Below, one piece after another: positions 1 to 11,435 of a DNA stretch of 64,000 bases. The position numbers were made by a program, and so were the translations under genes. A model generated the notes under the pieces. That model saw only the letters and a program-made list of their open reading frames with translations. It searched no databases and was not told the origin of the DNA. Source of the stretch: Callorhinchus milii (taxonomy: Eukaryota); NCBI RefSeq assembly GCF_018977255.1, contig NW_024704742.1, positions 31,312,001 through 31,376,000 of the forward strand. Reading direction: 5' to 3'. Each line of letters begins with the position of its first letter. Within the stretch, counting starts at the first letter, position 1.

Positions 1-346
1 TGGTTTGGAACAACCGGGAAAAAGGATAGAAACTGAATGGAGAGTGAAAGAGTGGAAAATGCAGGAAAGTGAAAAGAGGTGGTGAGTTGGTGAAATGGAT
101 TTGTGTGACAGGGGTGCCTAAATATGACTAGGGATACTCACATCTGAAAGTTTTAGGAGAAATAGCAATACAACAATTCCACCTCGGCTCAGTGCCACAG
201 GTCTAGATGCATTTGAATAATATATTAATATGATGTATTCTGACCAATGTTTTATGAGTTTCTCCCGGTGTCCTAGCCAACAATCCCCAAAGTATAATGG
301 TCATCCATTTTTTTCACTGGGACGTGGCTGTGTATAAATTAGTTGC

Positions 347-571
347 AAACAAAAACAGAAGTTGCTGGGAACATTCAATAAGTCAGGCAGCATCTATGGA
401 GAAAGAAAAGTGAGTCAACATTTCGGGTCCACGACCCTTCATCAGAATGTGGACCCAAAGCGTTGACTCACTTTCCTTTCTCCATAGATGCTGCCAGACC
501 TGCTGAGTGTTCCGAGCGACTTCTGTTTTTGTTTTCAGATTTCCAGCCTCTGCAGTATTTAGTATTTGTTT
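347..571. mobile_element. Palindromic non-autonomous element (Penelope-like terminal-repeat derivative) with 14-bp TSD
   Basis: Arms 347-432 and 449-534 are imperfect reverse complements; tataaattagttgc at both 333-346 and 572-585. Confidence 0.8.
412..448 (-). ncRNA. Minimal hammerhead-ribozyme-like motif, probably decayed
   Basis: Minus strand reads CUGAUGA-A-GGGUC-GUG-GACCC-GAAA-UGUUGACU: both core boxes flank a 5-bp stem II. Confidence 0.6.
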
Positions 572-1024
572 TATAAATTAGTTGCGTTCGCCTACAAACT
601 GCACAGTCACTACATATTACAGTAAATCTTGTGAAACGCTTTGAGACATCCTTCCAACATGAAAGACGCTGTATTGATTGCAAGGATTATCTTTTTTTTC
701 TCATTAAAATCCACTTGCCCTTCCTTGGCCCAACCACATCATTTGTGCAGATATTTTCAGTGTTAATAGTGTCTCTATACAGTAGTTACCTGGGTACATA
801 GCTTGTTCAGCCCTAATGATATCTACTAAATGTATCCTCCATATATTGTAGTAACATAACAGCAAGACCATTCATTCTTCTGCTGGTAGCACTCTCACTC
901 TGAGTCAGAAGGTGGAAGGTTCAAGCTCCAAATTTACAAATCAGACTCTTTAAAGCCTTCGCAATACTGGAAGTTTAATTCCACTTAAAGTGCTTTTACG
1001 TGGTCACAAAGAAATATGGAACAC

Positions 1025-1576
1025 CTCAAAACTGTATTCTTGGCCTTAAGACAATTGTCTTAACCTCTCCAATCAGCGGGCTCCGGCCTGCTCCATGTTT
1101 CCCGTCCGGCTCACCCACTATCGGCAGTCAGACCTTTAGCCTATCTGCCCCTACTCTATCCCACAGTCCCTTCGCCTCGCTCCCTCCCTTGCCTCCCTCA
1201 AGGCCTGTGTCAAGACCTTCCTCTTTGACCACGCCTTCAGTCACCTTCCTACCCATACTCTCCCTGCCCTTCACACCTACTGATCCCAACTCCCTGCTCA
1301 GGTCCAAATCCCTGACTGCCCAGTGCCTTGGGACATCCTTCTGAGGTGAAAGGCGCCATACAAATTAATTTATTGTTGTTAACATTTAAGATTGTGCAAA
1401 ATATTGTAAAATTCTTATATTCTGATATTCTTATATCAGTTTCGATTTGGAAACAGACTATTTTTTAATAATACTTTGGAAAACCGACTTCCAAATTTAA
1501 GAATTGTTGAGAGTTCTGCACAAGGATCGATGTTAAGATGACAGACTTAAGGCTAGGACCCTGAGAATTTCAGGCC
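1025..1576. mobile_element. Palindromic MITE (PIF/Harbinger-like ends) interrupted by L2
   Basis: ggccttaagacaattgtcttaac (1042-1064) pairs with gttaagatgacagacttaaggct (1532-1554); pairing continues after the L2 is removed; ends gaatttcaggcc. Confidence 0.55.
1065..1378 (+). mobile_element. L2 LINE 3' fragment
   Basis: L2 ORF2 C-terminal remnant, 3' stem-loop and (TTG)n tail; TSD ttaac at 1060-1064 and 1379-1383. Confidence 0.9.
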
Positions 1577-2198
1577 TCGGGCTGTTTCAATGTGGGCAGG
1601 AAATAATTGCTGAAATCATGGTAATGGAAATTAACTAGCACATTGCGTCGAGGCACTAACGCTTGGAATAAATAGGGCTTTTTTAAAAAAAAGCTGTTGT
1701 CATGACGTCACTCTCCCCCCACCCCCCCACCAAAAGCAGGGGAGCACTGCCACCTTTTACCAGTCTTTATGCAGCACTAAAACAGAAATGTCAAAATATT
1801 GCCCCTCTTCTTTATTTTCCTATCTCACCATCATTTATTAACATTATCGCTTGATTTAACCCCAGTGCTGCTCAAGGTGGCAGACAAACAAGCGTCAGTA
1901 CTGTTGAAGCACTCTCAACATTCCTGCTTCTAGCTGGGCTGTTCAAACCTGCTAAGGAAACAGCTCTGGAAGGACCTCTGGCCTAAGCTTTTACCATATG
2001 CTCCCATATTTTTGTTCCCTGCATTAGCCGAGCAATACTCACGCTGGTAGTAGCTGTGCTCAGACAGTGTCTGTCACAACCACTGTGGTGGGTCTTGGCC
2101 AATTGGACTTCCCATTATTCCAGGACCCCCAGTGCTGCTCTGTTGACCCAGCCAAGCTACTGCTAATTTAGTGAGGGGGTGGTGGGGGGAAATATATA

Positions 2199-2742
2199 CA
2201 GTGTTCACAAAGTCCTGTTACCCCCATGTTTTTTTTCTACAGTGCACTGACTAACAATTGAAGTATGTGGAAGAATGATGATAATTGTATTTAGAAGTAC
2301 TTCATTGTATTGAGTACAAGCACAAAAGAATAATAATTTGGTCATTCAATCCAGGACTCTTTGTGGGACAATAATTGTCCCCCTTGTAGGACAATTTGTG
2401 GGACTGTACAAAGTATACAGTCAATTCACTTTACATTATATCCTGTAAAGCGCTTTGAGATGTCTCGTAGACGTGATAAATCGCTACATCAAATGCACGG
2501 ATTATTATTATTATTAACTGCATTTAGACGTCCATAGGATCGGTGTGAGCTCCATCATTTTCTTGACAGATAATGATCCATCCCCATGTTCGGTGTGACA
2601 TCTTCCGCAACATGAATAGAGTGACGGGGAAGTTACTTGTATCAGACATTGTTACACTCGACTCATCTGCAACAGAAAATAAAAAATCGTTGTAAGAAAA
2701 AATACAGGAGGGAGGGGGTAACAGGACTTTGTGAACACCCTG
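2199..2742 (-). mobile_element. Internally deleted Tc1/mariner element, copy 1, with a SINE inserted at about 2325-2514
   Basis: TIR cag(gg)tgttcacaaagtcctgttacccc at 2199 and inverted at 2715-2742; TA on both sides; minus strand encodes ...RKMSHRTWGWIIICQENDGAHTDPMDV*, resembling a mariner transposase C-terminus. Confidence 0.8.
2325..2514 (+). mobile_element. tRNA-Ala/Deu SINE, 3' half
   Basis: ggtcattcaatcc...cagtcaattcactttaca...aaagcgctttgaga...(ATT)n. Confidence 0.85.
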
Positions 2743-2828
2743 TACACTCTAGTGGAAAAGAGCTCGCTGATGTACAGATTGTTCATAAATTCCTGTTACC
2801 CTGCCCTCCCCCACCCCCACTCTGTTTT

Positions 2829-3259
2829 ATGGCGCTCACCCTGATCCTCTGGACATCTAAATAATAATAATCCTTGAATTTGATATAGCGCTTTTCACGT
2901 CTTCTAGACGTCTCAAAGCCCTTCACAGAATATGCTGTAAAGTGAATTGACTGCAGTTTTGTGGGCGAAGCGCGGCAGCCAATTGCACTCAGCAGTGTCC
3001 CACAAACAGTCGTGGATTGAAGTGACCAAATAATTATTGTTTTTTTTCTTGAGGGATTATTATCAGGCGTGTGGAGTAAGGAAACTTGCTCAAGGTTTCG
3101 TTCTGCTGGGAATTGAACTCAGGTGAATAGAGTAAATACTTGTATTGAATACAATTAAGTTCTTCTAACTACAATTATCATCATTCTTCCACATGTTTCA
3201 GTTGTTGGTCAGTGCACTATGTGAAAAAAATGGGGTAACAGGACTTTGTGAATACCCTG
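2829..3259 (+). mobile_element. Tc1/mariner element, copy 2 (3' part, inverted relative to copy 1), split by a SINE
   Basis: 2829-2860 encodes GAHPDPLDI*; 3137-3259 is the reverse complement of 2199-2322, including the TIR at 3232-3259. Confidence 0.8.
2862..3123 (-). mobile_element. tRNA-Ala/Deu SINE, short form, 5'-truncated
   Basis: (AAT)n tail, Deu-like body, B-box remnant. Confidence 0.9.
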
Positions 3260-4329
3260 CACATGTAAGTGTGACTGTCCTGATGGGTTTGCACAGAGCA
3301 AGGCCAGGATCTCTGTCTGTTCCCACCAGCTGCTGTTTGCTCTTGTTTACACATTGTCCACTAACACATGTGGCCCTGACTGGTATCTTATTCTGTTATC
3401 ACCAGCCACCTGCAAGGGCTCCCTGCAATATAGTACTTTTGATCCTAGCCTCCGCTCTCTCCCTTTCATGCCCCCCCCCCCCACCCGCACTCTCACCCAC
3501 TCTGCCCCCCACCCCGCTCCCCCCGCCCCGTTGCCCTATGATCTGCAGCATTTTGAACACTGTCCTGTAGCCCAGGTTGTATTCCACAGAATAACAAGTG
3601 TATCTCTTGCAGCCAGGCAATTGTTATCGATGTTATTGCTGCGACAAATTCATCCTTTGTGCTAATACAATTGACTTGTCACGCAGTTCACAGCCAATTA
3701 GCTCTTTAGTAGATGAGGCAACTGTCAGGGGTCAGTTGATAACTCATGTTGTTAAATTGAGCGTAAATATACCATGCAGTTGTGTGTAATTGCTGCCTGC
3801 GGTAACAATACCATTCAATTAATAATAGGTTGATTGGTCTATTTACACTACATGTTTGGGAAGCAGCATATGCTTTCCCTGAGGTGGAAACAGAGTATTT
3901 ATTTAGCCTTGGAACTATGTGCTAAGGGACCTGCACACAGTGCAAAGCTCTGACACTGACTCAGGGTCTTGAGAAATAATTATTTGATAAGGAAAACATT
4001 CTCTGGATTTCTTTAGCAATATATTCAACAGAGAGACGCAATGGTAAATGCTTAGGTGTGACATAAAAATAATAATCCTTGCACTTGAAGCAGTGGAAGG
4101 ATGTCTCAAAGTGCTTCACCCCGTAATGTGTAGTGACTGTATTTTCCCAATGTTTTACATGATCCCTTCTCTTGCATTTCCTATTTATATTTATGCAGCA
4201 CCATTCATGTTAGAAGGATGTCATGGTTGGGGGATGGGGGCGGTGGGGAGTAGGGGCGCATGACTGGGGGAAGGATACAAAGCCGGGGGGGTGGCACCTA
4301 TGTAACAAAGTGGAATGATCAGCATGAGA

Positions 4330-4442
4330 ATTGTCTCACTTTGGCCATTCCTGTCATTGTAAATTAGTCAATCCTGTGAAGCACTTTGAGATGTCCTCCT
4401 GACGTGAAAGGCGCTATATCCAATACAAAGATTATTATTATT
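4330..4442 (+). mobile_element. Deu SINE 3' fragment
   Basis: tgtgaagcactttgagatgtcctcctgacgtgaaaggcgctatatc...attattatt. Confidence 0.75.
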
Positions 4443-4606
4443 GACCTGAAGCAGACATCCATACCAAAATAACTGAAGTAATTCTGATTAAGATGGATGG
4501 AAAGAACAATGTATATACACACAGTGGGTGACAAATCTGACATGTGATCACATCAAATATTTCATTTTTCAACCAAATGTAATTTGCACTGAACTAATTT
4601 GATTTT

Positions 4607-5497
4607 ACATAGATTTTACAGCACCAACTAAGGGCATTCTGCCCAGGTAGTTCTTACAAAGATTACAAAGACCATACAGCATGGAAACAGGCGACACAGC
4701 CCAACCAGTCTGTGTTGGTGTCTATACTCCATTCAACTCTTCACCCATTCCTTTACTGCCTCCCATACCCTCTATCCCCCTCTCCCTCATGTGAAGGTCA
4801 AGCTTCCACTTGACGTATCTGATTCAACCACCGCTTTAGGCAACGAGTTCCATAGTCTCACTAAACTCTGCATGAAGTATTTCCTCCTAACCCCCTAGTT
4901 GCTATTTTATATTTGTTTCCCCTGGTTATGGACTCCCCAACCAGTGGAAACAGCCAATTTATGTTAATCTAATTGAACTGTTTTATAATTTTAAACACTT
5001 CTATAACCCCCCAACCACCACCCGCCCCCTCACCCCCCTGCCCAGCCCTGCGCCCCCCCTAAATATCTCTTCTCTTGCAAAAAAAAATCTAAGCTATCCA
5101 GTCTATCCTGATAGCAGCAACCTGGGATTATCCCAGACAGACCTGTGATTATTCTGGTAAACCTGCAAAGTACTCTTTCCATCGCTATTATATCCTTATA
5201 GTGTGGAGACCAGAATTGGTCTCAATGCTCCATATGTAGTCTAACCAAAGTTTTGGACAAATCAACATCACCTCCGCACTTGTATATTCTATCCCTCTGG
5301 ATATAAAGCCCATTGACCTTTTTTTTATCTTATCTATCTGTGTAGCTACTTTTAGAGATTTGTGGATCTGAATCCTCAGATCTCTTTGCTCCTCTATTCC
5401 TCTTGGGTTCCTTCCATCTGGACTACTAGACTATAGACAGCTTCTTTATATTTCCTGCCAAACTGAATTACTTCACCTATTCATACAATAAACTACA
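4607..5497 (-). mobile_element. CR1 LINE 3' fragment, old, with a second CR1 tail nested at 4607-4650
   Basis: Antisense remnants of the CR1 ORF2 C-terminus and CR1 3'UTR hairpin. Confidence 0.8.
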
Positions 5498-5498
5498 T

Positions 5499-5775
5499 GT
5501 GGAGTCCTGTAGCTTAGTGGTTAGAGCGCTTGCTTTGCAAGTGAGAGGACCTGGGTTTGATTCCCGGGTTTGATTTTTATTATTAAAAAAATAATAATTT
5601 GGTCACTCAATCCACAACTGTTTGTGAGACACTGCTGTGCGCAATTGGCTGCCGCATTTCACCCACAAAATATCCGGTCAATTCACTTTACAGTAGATTC
5701 TGTGAAGTGCTTTGAGACATCTAGAAGACTTGACAAGGCACTATATCAAATGCAAGGATTATTATTATTTATTAT
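5499..5775 (+). mobile_element. tRNA-Ala/Deu SINE with internal deletion
   Basis: gtggagtcctgtagcttagtgg (A box), TGC anticodon arm, ggtttgattccc (B box), Deu-like body, (ATT)n. Confidence 0.9.
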
Positions 5776-6842
5776 TGCATTGTATTAGAATGTATCTAGC
5801 TCCCTGTCTATCTGCAACATGCACAGAATCCATAAGTGCCACCCTGGTTATGTTGTGCAACATTCCCATGAATGGCAGCAGCTGAGCTTGTTTTTTGTCA
5901 GCGCCTGATGGCACTGATACATAATCAGCCTGCTTTCCAGTGCTGTTACAGAGGTGCTTAGACCAGCCGCTCATTTATTCTGGCTTCACCAGATTCGGTG
6001 ATGAAGAAGCACTCTTGGTTAATCTAGTGCAGGGAGCACAGTCAGGGCATACAATCAACACTGATGCTGAAATGTACACCAGGGGATAGGAGGCTGCACA
6101 CTTTAGTAACCTCTCAGATTAATTGTCTGAGTTAATTGTCTACAAGAGCATCCGAGATTCAAGAAAGCTGAAAGAACAGAGTGATTCAATGAAATTGAAG
6201 CTTCACTGGGGACGTGTGGGTGTCTGGGGTATAAGAACAGCTATTGGTTTTCAACCAAATCTGGCGGCTTTGATGCAGTTGCCTGTTAAAATGCAGATTT
6301 GTTGTCCAGTGTATGGACATTATCTGTCTTAAAGTAAATATTGGTTGCCAGAAGTGCCCCGAATTGATATTGCCTGTGGCAGGCATTACGCTCGCTGGAG
6401 CCTAGTGGTGATCTCAGCATTGTCAGTGCGGGCAGTTTGGTACTTCATTTAAAGAAATATCCTTTGGCACTCTGCTAATGGTCTCCTTAGATGAGACAGC
6501 AGAAGTCGTGGTGCCTCAGCCCCACTGCTTGCTATGGTGCAAACTTTTGGAGTATTTTTTGCGGATGTTATAACACGAAAAAGCGCAACAGAAATTGTGT
6601 TTCTCATTATACTTTTGCGAGATTCAGGGTAAAATTAAATGCCACAGTTTTGCGCTAAAATATTATTAATTTTTTAAATATTGGAACAGATTCAAAAATG
6701 TTTGCTTTCTGCATCACTTGAAGAAACAAACAAAAGGAATCCCTTTCTTAATCAGTGAGTGTCTTACTGCACAGCAAAATAGGACCAATTCCCAGTTATT
6801 TTCTGCTTGACTAAGATTTGTGTGTAAAGCAATTCCTTTGGA

Positions 6843-6984
6843 ACTACAAGAAAATTAAATTTGTAAGATGACTTTTACGTCAGGAGGATGTCCCAAGGCG
6901 CTGAACAGTCGTGGATCAGGACCCGAGCATGGGGGTGCAGGTTGGGATGAGGGAGGGCGGAGAGGTAGTTGGGCGGCTGAAAGC
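6843..6984 (-). mobile_element. L2 3' end fragment
   Basis: Matches the 3'UTR of the L2 copies at 7984 and 24424. Confidence 0.8.
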
Positions 6985-7049
6985 ATCTCTGTCTATCTTT
7001 AAATAGTTCCACGCCGTGAGTTGGAACTCATATAGTCATACCCCCAGCA

Positions 7050-7230
7050 CCTGCATTACACTCCAGCACTTAGGTGCTGGAGGTACGTTGAATAATCGGA
7101 GGTGTGGTCCTTCAGATAAGATGTTAAACTGAGGCCCTGTTGCCCGGTAAGTGGACGTTGCAGATGCCATGGCACTATTCACAAAGAGAAGGGTGTTTCT
7201 TCTGGTGTACTGACCAACAATCTCCCGAAT
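7050..7230 (+). mobile_element. SacSINE1-like SINE, middle fragment
   Basis: cggaggtgtggtccttcagataagatgttaaactgaggccc...gatgccatggcactatt. Confidence 0.75.
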
Positions 7231-7554
7231 AAAATCCCACTCACTTATGGGATAATACTAAAACCCTTTCTCTCTGACTCCACTCCCTTGTCTGTAGAGT
7301 TCCTGTAAAGCACTCTGAGAATCCCAGTTCATGATGTTGGCAAGGGGAGACCTCCAAAGCCTGAACACCAGGGAAACACTAGAAGTGAGATTTGTGATCA
7401 CAAATCTATTGAAACCTGTGGAGCTGTGTTTATTTTTCATGCTGACAAGTGTCGTAACAGGTTACATTTCCAAAGCGTGATGGACACTCCTATTGAATGC
7501 GTTTGTGAGTATGGGCTATTGCCCAGGGGAGAATTTGGGAGGTACTTGTTTTGG

Positions 7555-7790
7555 ATGACAGAATTTAATGTGGATAAATGTTAGGCAATGCCTATTACTC
7601 CATGAAACGTGAAAGATATAAAATAATAGGGCAGTGTTTGTTGGCAAGCAGAAAAAGAATTGGGTGTGATTATCATCCATAGACTGAAGCTATTTAATTA
7701 TAATGTAAAGCGGGTTATTCTAACTCTGTATAAAACCCAATGGTAAATCCATATTAATACTACTTGCAGTTTTTGAGAATCCCTACCTTC
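7555..7790 (+). mobile_element. Very old CR1 fragment
   Basis: atgacagaatttaatgtggataaatgt... resembles the CR1 segment at 59175-59440. Confidence 0.45.
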
Positions 7791-7829
7791 AAATGAGAAG
7801 ATTGACATCTGGGTAACTTCTTTATGCAT

Positions 7830-8625
7830 AATAATAATAATCCTTGCATTTGATATAGTGCCTTATTATGTCTTCGAGACATCTCAAAGCGCTTCACAGA
7901 ATATACTGTCAATTATATATTTTCTGGGTGAAACGCAGCAGCTAATTGTGCACAGCAATATTGCACAAACAGTTGTGGATTGACAACAACAACAACAAAA
8001 TTGCATTTATAGAGCGCCTTTCATGTCGGGAGGACGTACCAAAGTGCTGAGCAGTCAGTTGTCGGGACCCGAGCATGGGGGAGGGGTGGTGTAGGGGTGA
8101 GGGAAGGCAGAGAGGCGGGAGGGAGACCAAAGGCACGGTCGAAGAGAAGGTTCTTGAGACCGGCCTTGAAGGAGGCAAGGGAGGAAGCGAGGCGAAGGGA
8201 CTGTGGGATGGAGTTCCAGAGTGTGGGGGCAGAGAGGCTGAAAGCCCGGCCACCAATGGTAGGGGGGGGTTGGGCGGGAGACATAGAGCAGGACGGAGCC
8301 TGATGAACGGAGGGAGCGGGCAGGTTGGTAGGGAGTCAGCAGGTTAGAGAGGTAGGAGGAGGCAAGGCCATGGATGGCCTTAAAGGTGAGGACGAGGATC
8401 TTGAACTCGATCCTTTGAGTGACGAAAAAATTATTATTTTTTGAAGGAATTATTATCCCCGGAAAAGCAATCCACCAAGCGACTAACAACCAGGTTCCTA
8501 CTTACTGCTAAGTAAGCAGAGGCATGTGGAGTAAGGAAACTTGCCCTACGTTTCACTCTGCTGGGAATTGAACCCAGGACTCTCGCTTGCGAGGAGAGTG
8601 CTCTAACCACTAAGCTACAGAACTC
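7830..8625 (-). mobile_element. tRNA-Ala/Deu SINE, long form, split by L2 (7984-8414)
   Basis: Tail 7830-7983 and head 8415-8625 join at gga-ttga-gtgac. Confidence 0.9.
7984..8414 (-). mobile_element. L2 LINE 3' fragment
   Basis: QRIEFKILVLTFKAIHGLASSYLSNLL...GGRAFSLSAPTLWNSIP; (TTG)n tail. Confidence 0.95.
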
Positions 8626-8734
8626 TAATGGTGGTGAGAATGTGTAACTCACTGACTGAACTGTAACAACAACAACAACTTGCATTTGTATAGCATCCCT
8701 CACACAGGGCAGCGTCCCAGAGCGCTTCAACTGT

Positions 8735-8920
8735 AGTTGAATCAGAAAACATCAATGTATTTAAGAGGAAATTTGAGGCATACATGAGGGAGAAGAGAAT
8801 AGAGGGGGTATAAAAGAGATCTTCAGGGGTGGTGGAGGCTCGTGTGGAGTATAAATACTGGCACGGACTAGTTGTGCCAAATGGCCTGTTTCTGTGCTGT
8901 AACGTTCTGTGTAATTCTAT
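8735..8920 (+). mobile_element. CR1 3' end fragment
   Basis: ggcacggactagttgtgccaaatggcctgtttctgtgctgtaacgttctgtgtaattctat tail. Confidence 0.75.
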
Positions 8921-9283
8921 TCAAGTAATACATTTCGATAGATTTGATGGATGGATGGAAGTAGCCTTTTCTGATGTTTTGTTGGGATCTAAAGTGCTAA
9001 TGAGTTACATTTAGAAATGTGTAATGAATCAGTTGGGGATTACCTGATGTGCAAAAGGCAATAACACCCCACCCCACACACTTCTGCTACTATACTCTCA
9101 TTGCTCACCTTCTTGAAGCCAGGTTGTGTATTTCATCTCCAGTTGCCAGGATTGTGGGATTACTGATGGTGATTTGGGATTACTTCATTCAGTGCTCAAT
9201 TTGGGCCCAATTAGTATACGTCAACTTTGAATGTCCCATTTATTAAAACAAAGCATTGTCTCTCATGAGAAGAGAAACAAGAT

Positions 9284-9604
9284 AATAATAATAATAATAA
9301 TCCTTGCATTTGATATAGTGCTTTTCACGTCTGGAGGACGTCCCAAAGCGCTTCACAGAACACACTGTAAAGTGAATTGACTGTATATTTGTGGGCGAAC
9401 GCGGCAGCCAATTGCGCACAGCAATGTCCCACAAACAGTCGTAGATTGAAAATGACCAATCTATTATTGTTTTTGGTTTTGGAGGGATTATTATTAGGCG
9501 TGTGGAGTAAGGAAACTTGCCCAAGGTTTCGCCCTGCCTGGAATTGAACTCAGGTCTCTCGCTTGCAAAGCAAGTGCTCTAACCACTGAGCTACAGGACT
9601 CCAC
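9284..9604 (-). mobile_element. Full-length young tRNA-Ala/Deu SINE, short form
   Basis: Complete head with A/B boxes, body and tail; TSD acaagat at 9277-9283 and 9603-9609. Confidence 0.95.
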
Positions 9605-10184
9605 AAGATGATCCTTAGTATGTGGTTCACCTACAAATACAGTCACTACACTTTACAGTAACTCCTGTGAAGGTTTGAAATGTTCAAAGACTTGATAAGC
9701 CATTCTATGAAATGCAAGTATTATTAGTATTACAGACCAGCTGCCACCCTGACTGTAATGGATAACCATGGTCCTTATTTTCTACATGGCATTTGTCTGT
9801 AACAAAGTTTGGGGTATTTTTATTCTTGCTTTACTGTATTCAAAATTTGAGAATGATGATGAGATTCCACATGAGTCAGACACCTGGCTAACAAAAAAAC
9901 GTTGAGTTTTCCCCAGCTCTAATTGTTCTTTTGGTTAGTGGGTATTGGAGAGGGTGGCCTGGTACTGGAGGTCTATCATTAAAATTGCCGCCAAAGCTCT
10001 TCAGGGGCAGATTTGAAAATACCAGAGTTCATTCTGACAGCCTAACTATATTGGTGCTGAGGGCCATCATTATGTTATTACAGTAACATCCTTTGAAGCC
10101 ATCTCAACAAAGCTATAAGGTACTATATCAAATGCAATGACTTTGTGACTTGCAATCACATCTTCTAAGCCGATGCTCAAATGC

Positions 10185-10535
10185 AGTCCTGGTAGTGGCG
10201 TTGCTACATTGTCGGAAGTTCAGAAGTACCGTCCTTTGGATGAGATGTTAAACCAAGGTCTTGTCTGCCTGTTCAGGTGGACTTTAAAGGTCCCATGGCA
10301 TTATTTGAAAAGAGAAGGGAATTTCTCCCGGTTTCCTGGCCAACAATCCCCCCCAAAAAATTGGTCACTCACTCCATGGCAGCTTGTGGGACATTATAGT
10401 GTGCACACTGACTGTCAAGTTTCACCCACAAAATACGCAGTCGATCCACATTATAGTATATTTTGTGAAGCATTTTGAGACAACTTGATAAGGCTCTGTA
10501 TCAAATGCAATGATTATTATTATTGTTATTATTAT
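10185..10535 (+). mobile_element. SacSINE1-like SINE, 5'-truncated
   Basis: gtcctttggatgagatgttaaaccaagg...cccatggcattatttg...tcaaatgcaatgattattatt. Confidence 0.85.
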
Positions 10536-11073
10536 CAGTAGAAAGAGTGTTGTTAATTCTTGCAAGAACAAAAGGTTTTACTAGTTACTAATCTCCAACA
10601 CTTCCTTAAATTGTCTGGGGAAGCATAATAATTTGTTAAGGTTCCGAGATTATAAATCAGGCGAATATCTTCCTTGTGTGAATAACCAGCGAATGCTAAG
10701 GAGGAGATGAATAAAAAGTGATAGAAAGTTTGGTGTAGAAAGAGTGGCCCTTCTCAACGCTAACTGCATAATGATCAGTGAGTGCATTGTAATGGACTTT
10801 GTTTTCAAGGGTATTGTTTACTGTTTCTAAATTCACAGACAAAAAGCTATTTTTTTAAACAGCACAACAAACTGTGCTGTGTAGAAGGAAGAAAACACCT
10901 GGTTTATACTCTTGTGATAAGCAAAATGTAATGATAAAATAATAGTTTTTAACAATTAAATGAAGTATGAAGATCCTCTTTCCTCCCCTTGCCAAAGCAA
11001 ATAAATAAACAAACAGACAAATAGGGGAAGAAGATTAACCCCTTGTGTAAAAATTCACCTGGATCAAAATGGT

Positions 11074-11435
11074 GTGGAGTTCCGTAGCGTAATGGTTAGT
11101 GCACTCGCCTCGCAAGCGAGAGGGCCTGGGTTCGATTCCCAGGTGGAGCGAAAACTTAGACAAACTTCCTTACTTCAAGCGCCTCCGTTATACCTAGCAG
11201 TAAGAGAAACCTGGTTGTTAACCGATTGGTGAATCACTTTCCAGGGGTAATAATCCCTCAAAAAAATTTGGTCACTCAAATTTGTATAGGACACTGCTGT
11301 GTGCAATTGGCTGCCACATTTCACCCACAAAATACACAGTCAATCCACTTTACAATATATTCTGTGAAGAGCTTTCAGACATCTCAATGATGTGACAAGG
11401 CGTTATATCAAATGCAAAGATTATTATTATTATTT
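11074..11435 (+). mobile_element. Full-length tRNA-Ala/Deu SINE, long form
   Basis: gtggagttccgtagcgtaatgg, ctcgc-ctCGCaa-gcgag anticodon arm, ggttcgattccc, Deu-like body, tail. Confidence 0.95.

Larger units (their letters stand above)
258..691 (+). mobile_element. Old Deu-domain SINE (SacSINE1/AmnSINE1-like), 3' half, split by the insertion at 347-571
   Basis: ctcccggtgtcctagccaacaatcccc ... gctgtgtataaattagttgc ... aaacgctttgagacatcc...tgcaaggatta; same body as many other copies in the window. Confidence 0.8.

Noticed and set aside
3193..3665. Proline-rich ORFs
   Set aside because: Produced by a C-rich tract and a mariner end; no splice or homology support
6210..6700. Possible old DNA-transposon relic (also 32130-32500, 52440-52720, 61690-61832)
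   Set aside because: Could not establish convincing paired TIRs or TSDs by eye
11074..11145. tRNA-Ala-like sequence (also 5499, 9530, 22090)
   Set aside because: SINE heads continuing into SINE bodies, not tRNA genes
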